A stretch of DNA of 64,000 nucleotides from an uncultured delta proteobacterium (GTDB lineage Bacteria > Myxococcota > Kuafuiibacteriia > Kuafuiibacteriales > Kuafuiibacteriaceae), in the NCBI GenBank assembly GCA_963803435.1, contig CAWDML010000007.1, forward strand, positions 128,001 through 192,000. Direction: 5' to 3'. The notes under the pieces were generated by a model. The model was not told the DNA's origin. It was given only the letters and a program-made list of their open reading frames with translations, and ran no database searches. Made by a program: the position numbers and the translations under genes. How positions within the stretch are numbered: position 1 is the first letter of the stretch; each line of letters opens with the position of its first letter. Of the stretch, positions 9,169 to 18,090 are shown in pieces.

Positions 9169-10002
9169 ATGAGCCTCCAAGAGCAGCTGGCGGAGCGGAC
9201 GGCCTCGGCGCGGGCCTCCGGTCACCTCGAGTCGATCCCCACGCACCACCGGACCTTCGAGCGCGACGGCGTGCGCTGGGTGATCCGGATGGCGGCCGAG
9301 CTGGTGAAGAAGAAGCGGAAGGTGACCAGCGCGCCGCTCAACCCGTTCCTCCCCTACGATCCCGAGCTCTACGTCTCCGACGCCGGCGACCACCACGTGT
9401 ACCTCCTCAACAAGTTCAACGTGGTGGACCATCACCTCCTGATCGTGACGCGCCACTTCGAGGATCAGCGCGCGCTCCTCACCGAGAGCGACTTCGCCGC
9501 GCTCGACGCCTGCCTCCAGGAGATCGACGGCCTCGCCTTCTACAACGCGGGTCGGGCGGCCGGCGCCTCCCAGAAGCACAAGCACCTCCAGCTGGTCCCG
9601 CGGGTCGATCCAGAGGTCGAAGGCGTTCCGATCGAGCCCCTGCTCGAGCGCCTCCCTTTCCTCTTCGCGACCGAGCGCCGCGTGAGCGGCGCGAGCGATC
9701 TGTTCGCCCGCTACCGCGCGATGATGCAGAGGCTCGAGGTGGATCCGCGGGCGCGCGAGGCCATCCGGACGGAGGCGCGGGAGCCGCCGCTCGAGGGCCC
9801 GGGCGAGCGGCAGCCGTTTCCTTACGATCTGCTGATGACACGCCGGTGGCTCCTGATCGTCCCCCGCACCGAGGAGTCGGTGGGCGGGATCCAGATCAAC
9901 AGCCTCGGCTACTCGGGAGCGTTCCTCGCCAAGACCGACGAGGAGCGCCGCCGCATCGAGGCCGATCCGCTGGAGCTCCTCGCACGCGCGGCCGCGCGAT
10001 GA
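9169..10002 (+). CDS. ATP adenylyltransferase / Ap4A phosphorylase II
   Basis: NPFLPYD, LLNKFNVVDHHLLIVT, FYN.G..AGASQKHKHLQ, INSLGYSG. Confidence 0.88.
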   Translation: MSLQEQLAERTASARASGHLESIPTHHRTFERDGVRWVIRMAAELVKKKRKVTSAPLNPFLPYDPELYVSDAGDHHVYLLNKFNVVDHHLLIVTRHFEDQRALLTESDFAALDACLQEIDGLAFYNAGRAAGASQKHKHLQLVPRVDPEVEGVPIEPLLERLPFLFATERRVSGASDLFARYRAMMQRLEVDPRAREAIRTEAREPPLEGPGERQPFPYDLLMTRRWLLIVPRTEESVGGIQINSLGYSGAFLAKTDEERRRIEADPLELLARAAAR

Positions 10003-10050
10003 TCTGCACTACTCGGCACTCGCGACGAGCTCGCAGTCGTCGTGCACGAC

Positions 10051-10103
10051 CTCGCAGCCACGGTGCCTGATCTTGCTGTCGGCTAGCACCTGCAGGCTGC
10101 GAG
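10051..10103. terminator. GC-rich hairpin between convergent genes
   Basis: CTCGCAGCC..GGTGC pairs with GCACC..GGCTGCGAG. No U-tract. Confidence 0.4.
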
Positions 10104-10167
10104 CCCCAGCGGTTGCCCGAACACCAAAGGTCGTCCATCTTGTCACGCTTCTCTTGGAGCCAGTCTC

Positions 10168-11478
10168 CTAGAACGTGGTGGTGTAGACGAAGTCGTCGGT
10201 CGAGTGCGAATGACAGTCGACACACACCGAGAACCCGCGGCCCTCGGCCGCCACTGCGCCGTCGGCGTACTCGTACCAGTAGTAGCCGTTCCCGGCGGCG
10301 CTGTCGGCGTCCACCTTCACCAGGACGGCCCAGCCGATCCGATCGGTGCCGCGGAAGATCTCCTTCACTGAAGCGCTCCCGATCGGGTGCGACGCGTCGC
10401 CGCGGGAGATGCTCTCGGTGAGGATCGCGTTCGCGAACGTGCGCACGGTGCCGTGCGGGCCGGTGGAGGGATGCGGCGCCGGCTCGGCGGCGAAGCGCGC
10501 GTACTTGCCTGCCTGGAGGAACGCCAGGAGGTCGTCGGGGTTCGAGGGCACGGGCGACTCGCTCGGCTCGGCGCCGATCTCCGCGACGGGGCAGTTCACC
10601 GTGGCCACGTTCATGCCGATGACGTTCGCGGCCTCCGCCGTCGCCAGATCGCGAACGCCGTCGAAGTCGGCGCGGTCGATCACGTTGACCGACCACAGGG
10701 GCGAGTAGGCATCGTCGTCGGGCAGCGTGGCGAGCACGTTGTGGGTCTGCTCGGTGCCCATCTCGGTGGGAAAGCCGGAGGGCGGCCCGCCGTTCGGCTG
10801 GTCGGGGTTGACGTTGAAGATGACGTAGATCGGAGACAGCGGCGCGGCCGTGCCGGAGAGCGCGTGCTCCTCGAACGTGAAGTAGCGGACCGTCATGCCG
10901 CGGAACCAGCCGGTCATCAGCGCGCTCGAGCCGCCGCCGATCCGGCGCGTCGCGGTCGAGCCCTCGGGCGCCACCGGGCAGTTGACGATCATGCTCGTCT
11001 CCTCGATCGGGTAGCCGGCCGCCTGGATCTCACCGAAGCTGGCGATCGTGTTGGCGACGTAATCGTCCGGGACCGTCACCTTGTTCACCCTCCAGAAGTC
11101 GCTGTAGCCCGCCTGGCCGGGGATGACGTCGATGACGTTGAGCTGGCCGTCGAGCGGCTTGCTCGCGCCCCCGCGGAAGAAGACGTAGATCGGGGAAGGC
11201 AAGGCCGGCTGAACGTCGAAGTTGTAGTACACGACCGACTCGCCGCCGGGACCGAAGCCGCGGCTGACGAACGGCGCCCGATCGAAGTCGACGGGCGCGT
11301 TGGGGCCCGGGAGCCCGTTCTGATCGGTCCGCACCATCAGCATGGCTGCGGCCGAGCTGAAGCGGTCCACCGACACCTTGGGGGCAGTGGCCGGATAGTC
11401 GATCTCGAGCATCTTGCCGTCGCCGCCGCAGGCGGCCAGCGCGAGCATCGTGGCGAGGGAGAGAGAGAAGAATCGCAT
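10168..11478 (-). CDS. Lipoprotein with a tandemly duplicated domain and a C-terminal cytochrome P460-like heme c domain
   Basis: Lipobox LAAC; two internal repeats (YSDFW...VNCPV and YSPLW...VNCPV); C-terminal VKE...YWYEY...CVDCH. Confidence 0.65.
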   Translation of the reverse strand: MRFFSLSLATMLALAACGGDGKMLEIDYPATAPKVSVDRFSSAAAMLMVRTDQNGLPGPNAPVDFDRAPFVSRGFGPGGESVVYYNFDVQPALPSPIYVFFRGGASKPLDGQLNVIDVIPGQAGYSDFWRVNKVTVPDDYVANTIASFGEIQAAGYPIEETSMIVNCPVAPEGSTATRRIGGGSSALMTGWFRGMTVRYFTFEEHALSGTAAPLSPIYVIFNVNPDQPNGGPPSGFPTEMGTEQTHNVLATLPDDDAYSPLWSVNVIDRADFDGVRDLATAEAANVIGMNVATVNCPVAEIGAEPSESPVPSNPDDLLAFLQAGKYARFAAEPAPHPSTGPHGTVRTFANAILTESISRGDASHPIGSASVKEIFRGTDRIGWAVLVKVDADSAAGNGYYWYEYADGAVAAEGRGFSVCVDCHSHSTDDFVYTTTF

Positions 11479-11526
11479 GTAGGGAGGTCCTCCGCGCGGG
11501 ATACGGCCTCTCCAATCATCCATTAC

Positions 11527-11564
11527 ATCGATGCTATGAATTGATTTACATTCACACTATGAAT
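11527..11564. promoter_or_regulatory. LysR-type T-N11-A boxes in a divergent promoter
   Basis: ATCGATGCTATGAAT (11527-11541) and ATTCACACTATGAAT (11550-11564) in an AT-rich patch overlapping the LysR start. Confidence 0.6.
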
Positions 11565-12554
11565 GGAACCAGACGGGCCCTGCGGAACGTCGATCTCAAC
11601 CTGCTCCTCGCGTTCGAGGCGCTGGTCGACGAAGGCAGCGTGACCCGGGCGGCGCAGCGCATCCGCATCACGCAGCCCGCCATGAGCAACGCGCTCAAGC
11701 GGCTTCGCGAGACCATCGGCGACCCGCTCTTCATCCGCGACGGCCGATCGCTGGTGACCACCGCCCGCGCGCGCGAGCTCGCGCCGATCGTCCGGCGTAC
11801 GCTCAATCTCCTCGACGGCGCGCTCTTCAACCCGGAGCCCTTCGATCCGGGGAAGGCCGAAGGGATCGTCCGGCTGGGCCTCAGCGACTACTGGCACTTC
11901 GCGCTGCTCCCCAGCCTGCTCGCGCTCCTCGAGCAGCGCGCACCCGGAGTCTCGCTCGAGGTCACGGACACCGGGCTCGAGGTGCTGCGCGAGGACCTCC
12001 GGTCGGGCAACGTCGACGCTGCCATCTACCTCGCACCCATCTCGCTGCCGGAGCTCCGCTCACGGGTGCTGGTCGACGACGGCTACGCCTGCGTGGTGCA
12101 AAAGCGCCACCCCACGATCAAGAAGCGCATCACGCTCGCCGAGTTCGCCGCCAGCCGCCAGGTGATGGTGGCGCCGCGCGGGCCGTGGGCCGAGCGCATG
12201 TCGAACGCGCTGGCCGGCGCCGGGCTTCACTCGGAGTACATCCTCACCACCACGCACCTGCAGGTGGCGCTCGAGATCGTGGCCCGTACCGACTACCTGA
12301 CCGTGATCCCCAAGCGCATCGCCACGCGGGCGCGGCGCGCCTGGCCGATCCGCGTGCTCCCCATGCCGATCGACGCGGGCCGCTTCAGCCTCGCCCTCTA
12401 CTGGCACGAGCGCACCGACGCGGATCCGCTGCAGGCGTGGGTCCGCGATCGCTTCTCGGAGCTGGCCCGCAAGACGTACCTGGATCCGGCGGTCGCTCAG
12501 GCGAACAGGGTGGGGATGTTGCCGCTGACCTCACCGAGCGCGTCGCCGGTGTAG
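11559..12554 (+). CDS. LysR-family transcriptional regulator
   Basis: VDLNLLLAFEAL...SVTRAA...ITQPAMSNALKRLR...DPLFIR HTH, followed by a substrate-binding domain. Confidence 0.93.
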   Translation: MNGTRRALRNVDLNLLLAFEALVDEGSVTRAAQRIRITQPAMSNALKRLRETIGDPLFIRDGRSLVTTARARELAPIVRRTLNLLDGALFNPEPFDPGKAEGIVRLGLSDYWHFALLPSLLALLEQRAPGVSLEVTDTGLEVLREDLRSGNVDAAIYLAPISLPELRSRVLVDDGYACVVQKRHPTIKKRITLAEFAASRQVMVAPRGPWAERMSNALAGAGLHSEYILTTTHLQVALEIVARTDYLTVIPKRIATRARRAWPIRVLPMPIDAGRFSLALYWHERTDADPLQAWVRDRFSELARKTYLDPAVAQANRVGMLPLTSPSASPV

Positions 12555-14023
12555 CCGGCCGCCTGCATGGCGCTGATCAGCGCCTGGACCGGGTGCGCCC
12601 CGCCGGTGTCGATGTGGCGGCCCGGGTTCAAGCCGCCGGCCCGACCGCCGATCAACGCCACCATGTTCTCGACCGAGTGCGTCTGGTTGAGGCTGGTGCC
12701 GTCGTTGAGCTGCCGCCCGTGCCCGCCCTCGGGGAGGAAGACGATGGCGCAGCTGTCGAGCAGCGTGCCCGCGCCCTCGGTCGTGGTCTTCAGCTTGTCG
12801 AGCAGGTACGCGTAGTGCGTGACGTGCCACTTCAGCACGGTGCTCACCGCGATCTGCCCGCGGTTGTCGGCGTCGCCGTTGTGCCCGACCTCGTGCTGAT
12901 CGGCCAGGATCGGCGTCCCCAGCATGCTCGTGATGGGGAAGACGTTCATGTGCGACTGAAAGACGGTGATCTGCAGCGTGGCGACACGCGTGAGATCGCA
13001 GACGAAGGCCATGTGGATCAGATCGGCGAGCAGGCGCGCGCGGCGATCCTCGTCGCTGTACCCGGTGTTGGTCGCGATCTCGCTCGAGCCGGAGCCGGCG
13101 TTGTCGCCCCCGATCGAAGGATCGGCCCCGGGATCGGGGAGGATCTGACACGAGCCGCTCGACACCGGCGGCACCGCCTGCACGCGGAGCTCGAGCGCGC
13201 GGATCTCGTCGAAGTGCTGCTCGAGCCGGCGCTTGTCCGCGCCGCCGACCTTGGCGACCAGCGAGGCCCGGCGCCGGCCGATCAGATCGAGCACCGACAG
13301 CCGGGCCCGCTTCCTGAAGTCGAACTGGGCGGCCTCGGCGGCTCCGGTGGGCGTGAACCCTTGGAACAGGCTCTGGAACGCGATCTGCGGGCTCGCCTGG
13401 GCCTCGATGCGATCGCCCGGCCCGCGGTAGGACAGGTACTGGCGCCCGGCGTAGCTGCTCCCCGCCAGATACCAGGAGGGCTGCGCGCGCAGCACCAGCG
13501 AGGCGATCGTCGTTTGCCCCGCGTGCATGTTCGCGACCACCTGGTCGGACGTGATCCCTTCGCAGCGGAAGTCCGGCGACGTCGAGCGCACTCCGCACAA
13601 CAGCGGGCTCTTGCCACCGCCGTGGAAGTCGCGGAAGGCACCGCCCGCGGGCACCGCCGACGGATCCGCGGAGGAGGCGTCGAACGGGATGCGCATGTTG
13701 GAGACGATCGAGAAGTCGCCCTTGAGGTTCGCGAGCGGCTGGAGCGGCGTGGTGATCGTGTAGCCGGCGCCGGTCTCGGCGGGCGCGATGAAGTGCCCCT
13801 GCTCCTGGATGAACTGACCGCCGATGCGGCTCTCGTTCTCGGCCCAGCCGTCGCCGCCGAGCGATTGGCCGGCGAAGACGATCGCGTAGCGTTGGGGGAG
13901 GGGCGCCTGCGACTGGGCGTAGGCGCGGCCGTGGCTGTCGAGCATACACTCGAGGGCCGGGAGACCGACCATGGCGCCGCCGATGCCGCGCAGCACGGTC
14001 CTCCGATCGAGGCGGAGCGCCAT
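12497..14023 (-). CDS. DUF1552 (HXXSHH-type) Tat-exported protein
   Basis: RRTVLRG...LPALE Tat-like leader, SVLD, DKRRLEQHFDEIRALE, AFVCDLTRV, GTLLDS. Translationally coupled to the upstream gene. Confidence 0.85.
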   Translation of the reverse strand: MALRLDRRTVLRGIGGAMVGLPALECMLDSHGRAYAQSQAPLPQRYAIVFAGQSLGGDGWAENESRIGGQFIQEQGHFIAPAETGAGYTITTPLQPLANLKGDFSIVSNMRIPFDASSADPSAVPAGGAFRDFHGGGKSPLLCGVRSTSPDFRCEGITSDQVVANMHAGQTTIASLVLRAQPSWYLAGSSYAGRQYLSYRGPGDRIEAQASPQIAFQSLFQGFTPTGAAEAAQFDFRKRARLSVLDLIGRRRASLVAKVGGADKRRLEQHFDEIRALELRVQAVPPVSSGSCQILPDPGADPSIGGDNAGSGSSEIATNTGYSDEDRRARLLADLIHMAFVCDLTRVATLQITVFQSHMNVFPITSMLGTPILADQHEVGHNGDADNRGQIAVSTVLKWHVTHYAYLLDKLKTTTEGAGTLLDSCAIVFLPEGGHGRQLNDGTSLNQTHSVENMVALIGGRAGGLNPGRHIDTGGAHPVQALISAMQAAGYTGDALGEVSGNIPTLFA

Positions 14024-15678
14024 CACGGCACCTCCTTCTTGAGCGCGAAGGCATCGCTGGCGACATAGTCGAGGACCAGCTGATCGAACTTGTAGCCGCC
14101 GGCCTCGAACGAGGCGATCAAGGCATCGATCGGTTGATCCTCGATCGCCGATGGGCGGCGGCCGATCGAGAAGCGGAAGTACTGCCGAACGGTGCACCTC
14201 TGGATCATGTCGAGCTCGAGTAGCTTCTCGGCGAGGGCCTTGGGTCCGCTGAACTCGCCCAGCCCGTTGGGGAGGTTGCCGATGCCATCGATGGCGCACT
14301 CTTCGTTGTTGTCGTCGTGATCGCGCCATCGCCCGGCGACGTCGTAGTTCTCGAGGCCGAAGCCGATCGGATCCATGCCGCTGTGACAGTTGGCGCAGCT
14401 CGGGAGCTGCTCGTGCATCAGGTAGCGATCCTTCTTGCAGATCGCCTCGGCGCCGCCGCTCGGGGGCTGGTCCACGTCGACGTTCGGCGGCGGACGCGGG
14501 ACCTCCTGACACATGAGCCGCGTCCGGACCAGGATCCCGCGCTGCGTCGGGCTGGTATCGGAGAACTTGCTGAACGCCGATAGGACCGAGCCGTGAGAGA
14601 GGATCCCGGCGCGCTTCGGATCCTGGTAGCGAACCCAGCCGCTCCCGTTCTCGGGGTGCGGCATGCCGTAGTGATCGGCGAGGAAGTCGTCGACGTAGGT
14701 CTCGTCGAGCCGGAACAGGTCGAGGTAGCTCCGCTTCTCGTCGAACACCACGCGATCGATCAGCGCCGTGGTCTCGGAGGCGAACGCGTTCACCAGCTGG
14801 GCCGGGTGCGGGATCGCGCGGTAGCCCAGCCACATCGCGTGGAAGCGGTGGAGCTGCTGCTTGGCGCGGGGATGCGCGAACATCCGGGCTGCCACCTCGC
14901 GGCGACCCGCGCCGGTGTCGAGCTTGCCGGAGGCGGCGTCCGCCATCAGCGCGTCGTCCGGCATGCTGCCCCACAGGAGATAGGAGAGGCGCGCCGCGAC
15001 GGCGAACGCGTCGAGCTTCACCACGCCGGGCGCGGCGGTGGGCGTGCCCCATTCGACGCGGTACAGGAACTCCGGATCCTGGAGCATCGCCTGGATCACC
15101 AGTGAGACCGCCGTGTAGAAGTCGTTGCCGACGTACGCGTTGTCTTCGGTCGCGTAAGCGAGCAGCTCGAGGTACGGCGCCACCTCCTCGGGCGCGAGCG
15201 CGCGGCGGAAGACGCGACGGCCGAAGGCCTCCACGAACGCACGGAAGCAGTCGGTATCCCCGGCGCCCGTAGGTGTACATGGGACGACCGCAGCCCGGCG
15301 CGCCGGATCCGAGATCAGGCGCTCGGCGACGCTCGTCGCCATCACGTCGACGGCGTCGATCAGCGTCTGGGAGGGATCCTGGAGCGCGTAGTCGTTGTCG
15401 TAGGGGCTGTATTCGTCCTCGAGCAGATATTGCGAGGCGGGTCGCCCGGTGTCCCCGACCAGATCCTCCAGCGTGTTGTCTAGCTCGGACTGGGACAGGC
15501 GCGGCAGGATCGACTCGGAGGCGACGTACGGTGTGACCGGCGGCGGAGGGTTCGTGCCGGCGTCCGGCGTGGGCGTGTCGACCGGCGGCGGCTCGATGGC
15601 ACCGCCTCCCCCGATCGATTGTGCCTTGCAGCCGAGGAGCGCAGACAGCGCCCCGATCGTGAGCCAACCCCTGCGCAT
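14023..15678 (-). CDS. DUF1587/1595/1592/1588/1585 (PSD-domain) lipoprotein with CxxCH
   Basis: RLSQSELDNTLEDL, PEFLYRVE, ARLSYLLWGSMPD, TSPTQRG, CANCH, DPIGFGLENYD. Confidence 0.88.
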   Translation of the reverse strand: MRRGWLTIGALSALLGCKAQSIGGGGAIEPPPVDTPTPDAGTNPPPPVTPYVASESILPRLSQSELDNTLEDLVGDTGRPASQYLLEDEYSPYDNDYALQDPSQTLIDAVDVMATSVAERLISDPARRAAVVPCTPTGAGDTDCFRAFVEAFGRRVFRRALAPEEVAPYLELLAYATEDNAYVGNDFYTAVSLVIQAMLQDPEFLYRVEWGTPTAAPGVVKLDAFAVAARLSYLLWGSMPDDALMADAASGKLDTGAGRREVAARMFAHPRAKQQLHRFHAMWLGYRAIPHPAQLVNAFASETTALIDRVVFDEKRSYLDLFRLDETYVDDFLADHYGMPHPENGSGWVRYQDPKRAGILSHGSVLSAFSKFSDTSPTQRGILVRTRLMCQEVPRPPPNVDVDQPPSGGAEAICKKDRYLMHEQLPSCANCHSGMDPIGFGLENYDVAGRWRDHDDNNEECAIDGIGNLPNGLGEFSGPKALAEKLLELDMIQRCTVRQYFRFSIGRRPSAIEDQPIDALIASFEAGGYKFDQLVLDYVASDAFALKKEVP

Positions 15679-15755
15679 CCGCTCCGGCGATGGTACATCC
15701 AATCCATAGTAAGTATGCATCGTCCGAAGGCGCACATGCCCTCGAAGAGGCCCCG

Positions 15756-16223
15756 GTGCTGTACCTGATTCCCAAGTTTCTGCACCTGGTGGCGGTGATC
15801 CTCTGGATCGGCCCGCCGCTCGGCGCGTACGTCTTCCTCTTCCAGGCCCATCGATCGAAGGACGAGGCGAAGATCCTCTGGGCCGAGCGCATCACGGAGC
15901 GCGTGCTGGTGCTCGAGCACGTCGCGCTCCTGGTGCTCGTCGCCTCCGGTCTCGCGGTCGTCGCCGAGTCCGACTGGGCGCTGCTGGCCGTCCCCTGGTT
16001 GAGGAAGAAGCTGGTGCTCTTCGGCGGCGTGCTCGTCTTCGAGGCCTTCGACATCTGGCTCAACCATCGGGTCGTCAAGCGTCTCCTCGATCGAGCGGTG
16101 CCGCTGTCCGATCCCCGCTGGCATCGCGCCGATCGACTGCGCCGATGGTTGATCGCCGCCGCCGTTCCGGTGGCCGTGGCGCTCATCCCGCTGATCCTGT
16201 GGTTTGCCATCTCGAAGCAGTAG
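15756..16223 (+). CDS. DUF2269-like four-TM membrane protein
   Basis: KFLHLVAVILWIG, PWLRKKL and C-terminal AISK; four hydrophobic helices. Confidence 0.65.
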   Translation: MLYLIPKFLHLVAVILWIGPPLGAYVFLFQAHRSKDEAKILWAERITERVLVLEHVALLVLVASGLAVVAESDWALLAVPWLRKKLVLFGGVLVFEAFDIWLNHRVVKRLLDRAVPLSDPRWHRADRLRRWLIAAAVPVAVALIPLILWFAISKQ

Positions 16224-16280
16224 GCCCGGCGGAGACTGACATTCTGTCACTCGGCGCCTCGGCGCGCCCGACGCGCGGCG

Positions 16281-16296
16281 TGGCACGTGCATTGCT
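16281..16296 (+). promoter_or_regulatory. Sigma54 (-24/-12) promoter
   Basis: TGGCAC-GTGCA-TTGCT is a perfect consensus match, ending 12 nt before the ATG at 16309. Confidence 0.8.
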
Positions 16297-16308
16297 GACG
16301 GATTCGCC

Positions 16309-17415
16309 ATGCGAGCATCAGCGCTTCTGGCCGCGCTGCCGGTCGTCCTCTCCGGCAGCGCGGCGCTCGCGGTCACAGTCTCGAAGATCCGCCTCGTCGA
16401 CGACGATCGCATCCTCACCGACACCGCGATCCGCACGTACGTCAACGCGGCCCGCTGCAGCTGCGACGCCAGCCTGAGGATCCAGTTCGACGTGACCACC
16501 TCCGGCGAGGACGGCTCGCTCGTGGTCGCGCACGGCAAGCGCTGCGTCGACAGCGACAGCCGCCTGTCCTCCGCGTGCGACATCCTCGAACGGATCAACC
16601 TCTCCGGCCTCCGCACGGTCGACCTAGAGGTCTCGATCTCGGACATCGCCGACTGCAGCGGCGACACCTCGACGGACGCCCTGATCGTGCTCGCGGATCC
16701 CACCGACGAGGACATCTGGCAGGAGCTCACTTCCCTCGAGCTCCCGACCGACACCGAAGGCCCGCCGCCCCCTGCGGATCCGAAGGTCGTCGGCGGAGAA
16801 GAGCTGGCCGAGGTCGCCTTTGCGAAGGCCAAGGACTCCGACAGCACCGACAAGATCAAATACCAGGTCCTCTGCGAGAAGGACGGTGCGCCGGTGCTGG
16901 ATCGACCACCCGACGCCGCCTTCACCTCGCCCCGCGACCTGTGCGGGGCCGGCGAAGCGCTCGTCTCCGAGTCGTTCGTGTGCGCCGAGGCCTCCGGCGC
17001 CACCGATAGCGTGACGGTCCTCGGGCTCGAGAACGGCGTCACCTATCACTTCTACGTGGTCGCCATCGACGCGTTCGGCAATCCGAGCGATCCGGCCGAC
17101 GCCGGTGAAGCCACGCCGGCGCCGGAGCTCGATCTCTGGGAGGTCTACAAGAAGAACGGCGGGACCGCCGACGGCGGCCACTGCTTTGTGGCGACAGCCG
17201 CCTACGGCGACTACGACGATCCGCAGGTGGTCGTCCTTCGCGGCTTCCGCGATCGCGTGCTGGCCCAGAGCGAGATCGGGCGCGATCTGATCGCATTCTA
17301 CTACCACCACAGCCCGCCGCTGGCGGCCTGGATCGCGGGCTCTGACGCGCGGCGAGCGGCGGCGCGGCTCCTGCTCTGGCCGATCACGTTCATCGCCGAC
17401 GAGGTGACGCCGTGA
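16309..17415 (+). CDS. Secreted FN3-like protein with CFI-box-CTERM domain
   Basis: Signal peptide; GLENGVTYHFYVVAIDAFGN (FN3-like); GHCFVATAAYG...LRGFRD..L...YYHHSPPLA. Confidence 0.8.
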   Translation: MRASALLAALPVVLSGSAALAVTVSKIRLVDDDRILTDTAIRTYVNAARCSCDASLRIQFDVTTSGEDGSLVVAHGKRCVDSDSRLSSACDILERINLSGLRTVDLEVSISDIADCSGDTSTDALIVLADPTDEDIWQELTSLELPTDTEGPPPPADPKVVGGEELAEVAFAKAKDSDSTDKIKYQVLCEKDGAPVLDRPPDAAFTSPRDLCGAGEALVSESFVCAEASGATDSVTVLGLENGVTYHFYVVAIDAFGNPSDPADAGEATPAPELDLWEVYKKNGGTADGGHCFVATAAYGDYDDPQVVVLRGFRDRVLAQSEIGRDLIAFYYHHSPPLAAWIAGSDARRAAARLLLWPITFIADEVTP

Positions 17416-18068
17416 ACGCCCTCTTCCTAGTGGCGCTGATCTCGCAATCCAACCTGCAGCTCGGCGTCGAGGTCGGCCCCTACCGGCCGGCGATCGACTC
17501 CGAGTTCAGCGGATCCGAGACGCCGTTCGAGGACGTCTTCGGCGATCGACAGGCGATCCTGGTCCGGTTCCGCGGCGCCTGGTTGTTCGACCAGCCGTTC
17601 GGCAAGATCGGCGCCTCGCTCTCGGGCGGCTGGGCCTCCAAGACCGCCAAGGCCCTCGCCGAGGGCGGCGGGCGCTCCGGCGGCGACACCGGCATTCGCC
17701 TCTATCCGGTGAGCGCGCTCCTCCACCTGCGCGGCGACGCGCTCGCCGATCTGATCCCTGTGCCGATCGTTCCGTTCGGAGCGGTGGGCCTGAACTACAC
17801 CTTCTGGCGGATCACGCGCGGGGACGGCGCGACCGCTCGCATCGACGGACACCGGGGCTCCGGCGGCTCGCCCGGCTGGGAGGCGCTCCTGGGCGTGGCG
17901 CTCCTGCTCGACCGCATCGACCCGCGCAGCGCCAAGACGATGCTGGACACGTTCGGCATCGCCGGTGCCGAGCTCACGTTTCAGGGCCTCTACGTCCAAT
18001 CCCTCGGGCGGGACCGGTTGCGCGTCGGAGACCTCACCTGGTGCGGCGGCCTCGCTGTCTCCTTTTGA
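17412..18068 (+). CDS. MXAN_2562-like outer membrane beta-barrel protein
   Basis: GPYRPAIDSEF, LLDRIDPRSA and terminal Phe; coupled to the CFI-box gene as in myxobacteria. Confidence 0.7.
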   Translation: MNALFLVALISQSNLQLGVEVGPYRPAIDSEFSGSETPFEDVFGDRQAILVRFRGAWLFDQPFGKIGASLSGGWASKTAKALAEGGGRSGGDTGIRLYPVSALLHLRGDALADLIPVPIVPFGAVGLNYTFWRITRGDGATARIDGHRGSGGSPGWEALLGVALLLDRIDPRSAKTMLDTFGIAGAELTFQGLYVQSLGRDRLRVGDLTWCGGLAVSF

Positions 18069-18090
18069 GTGCGCTATCCTTCGCGCCCTC

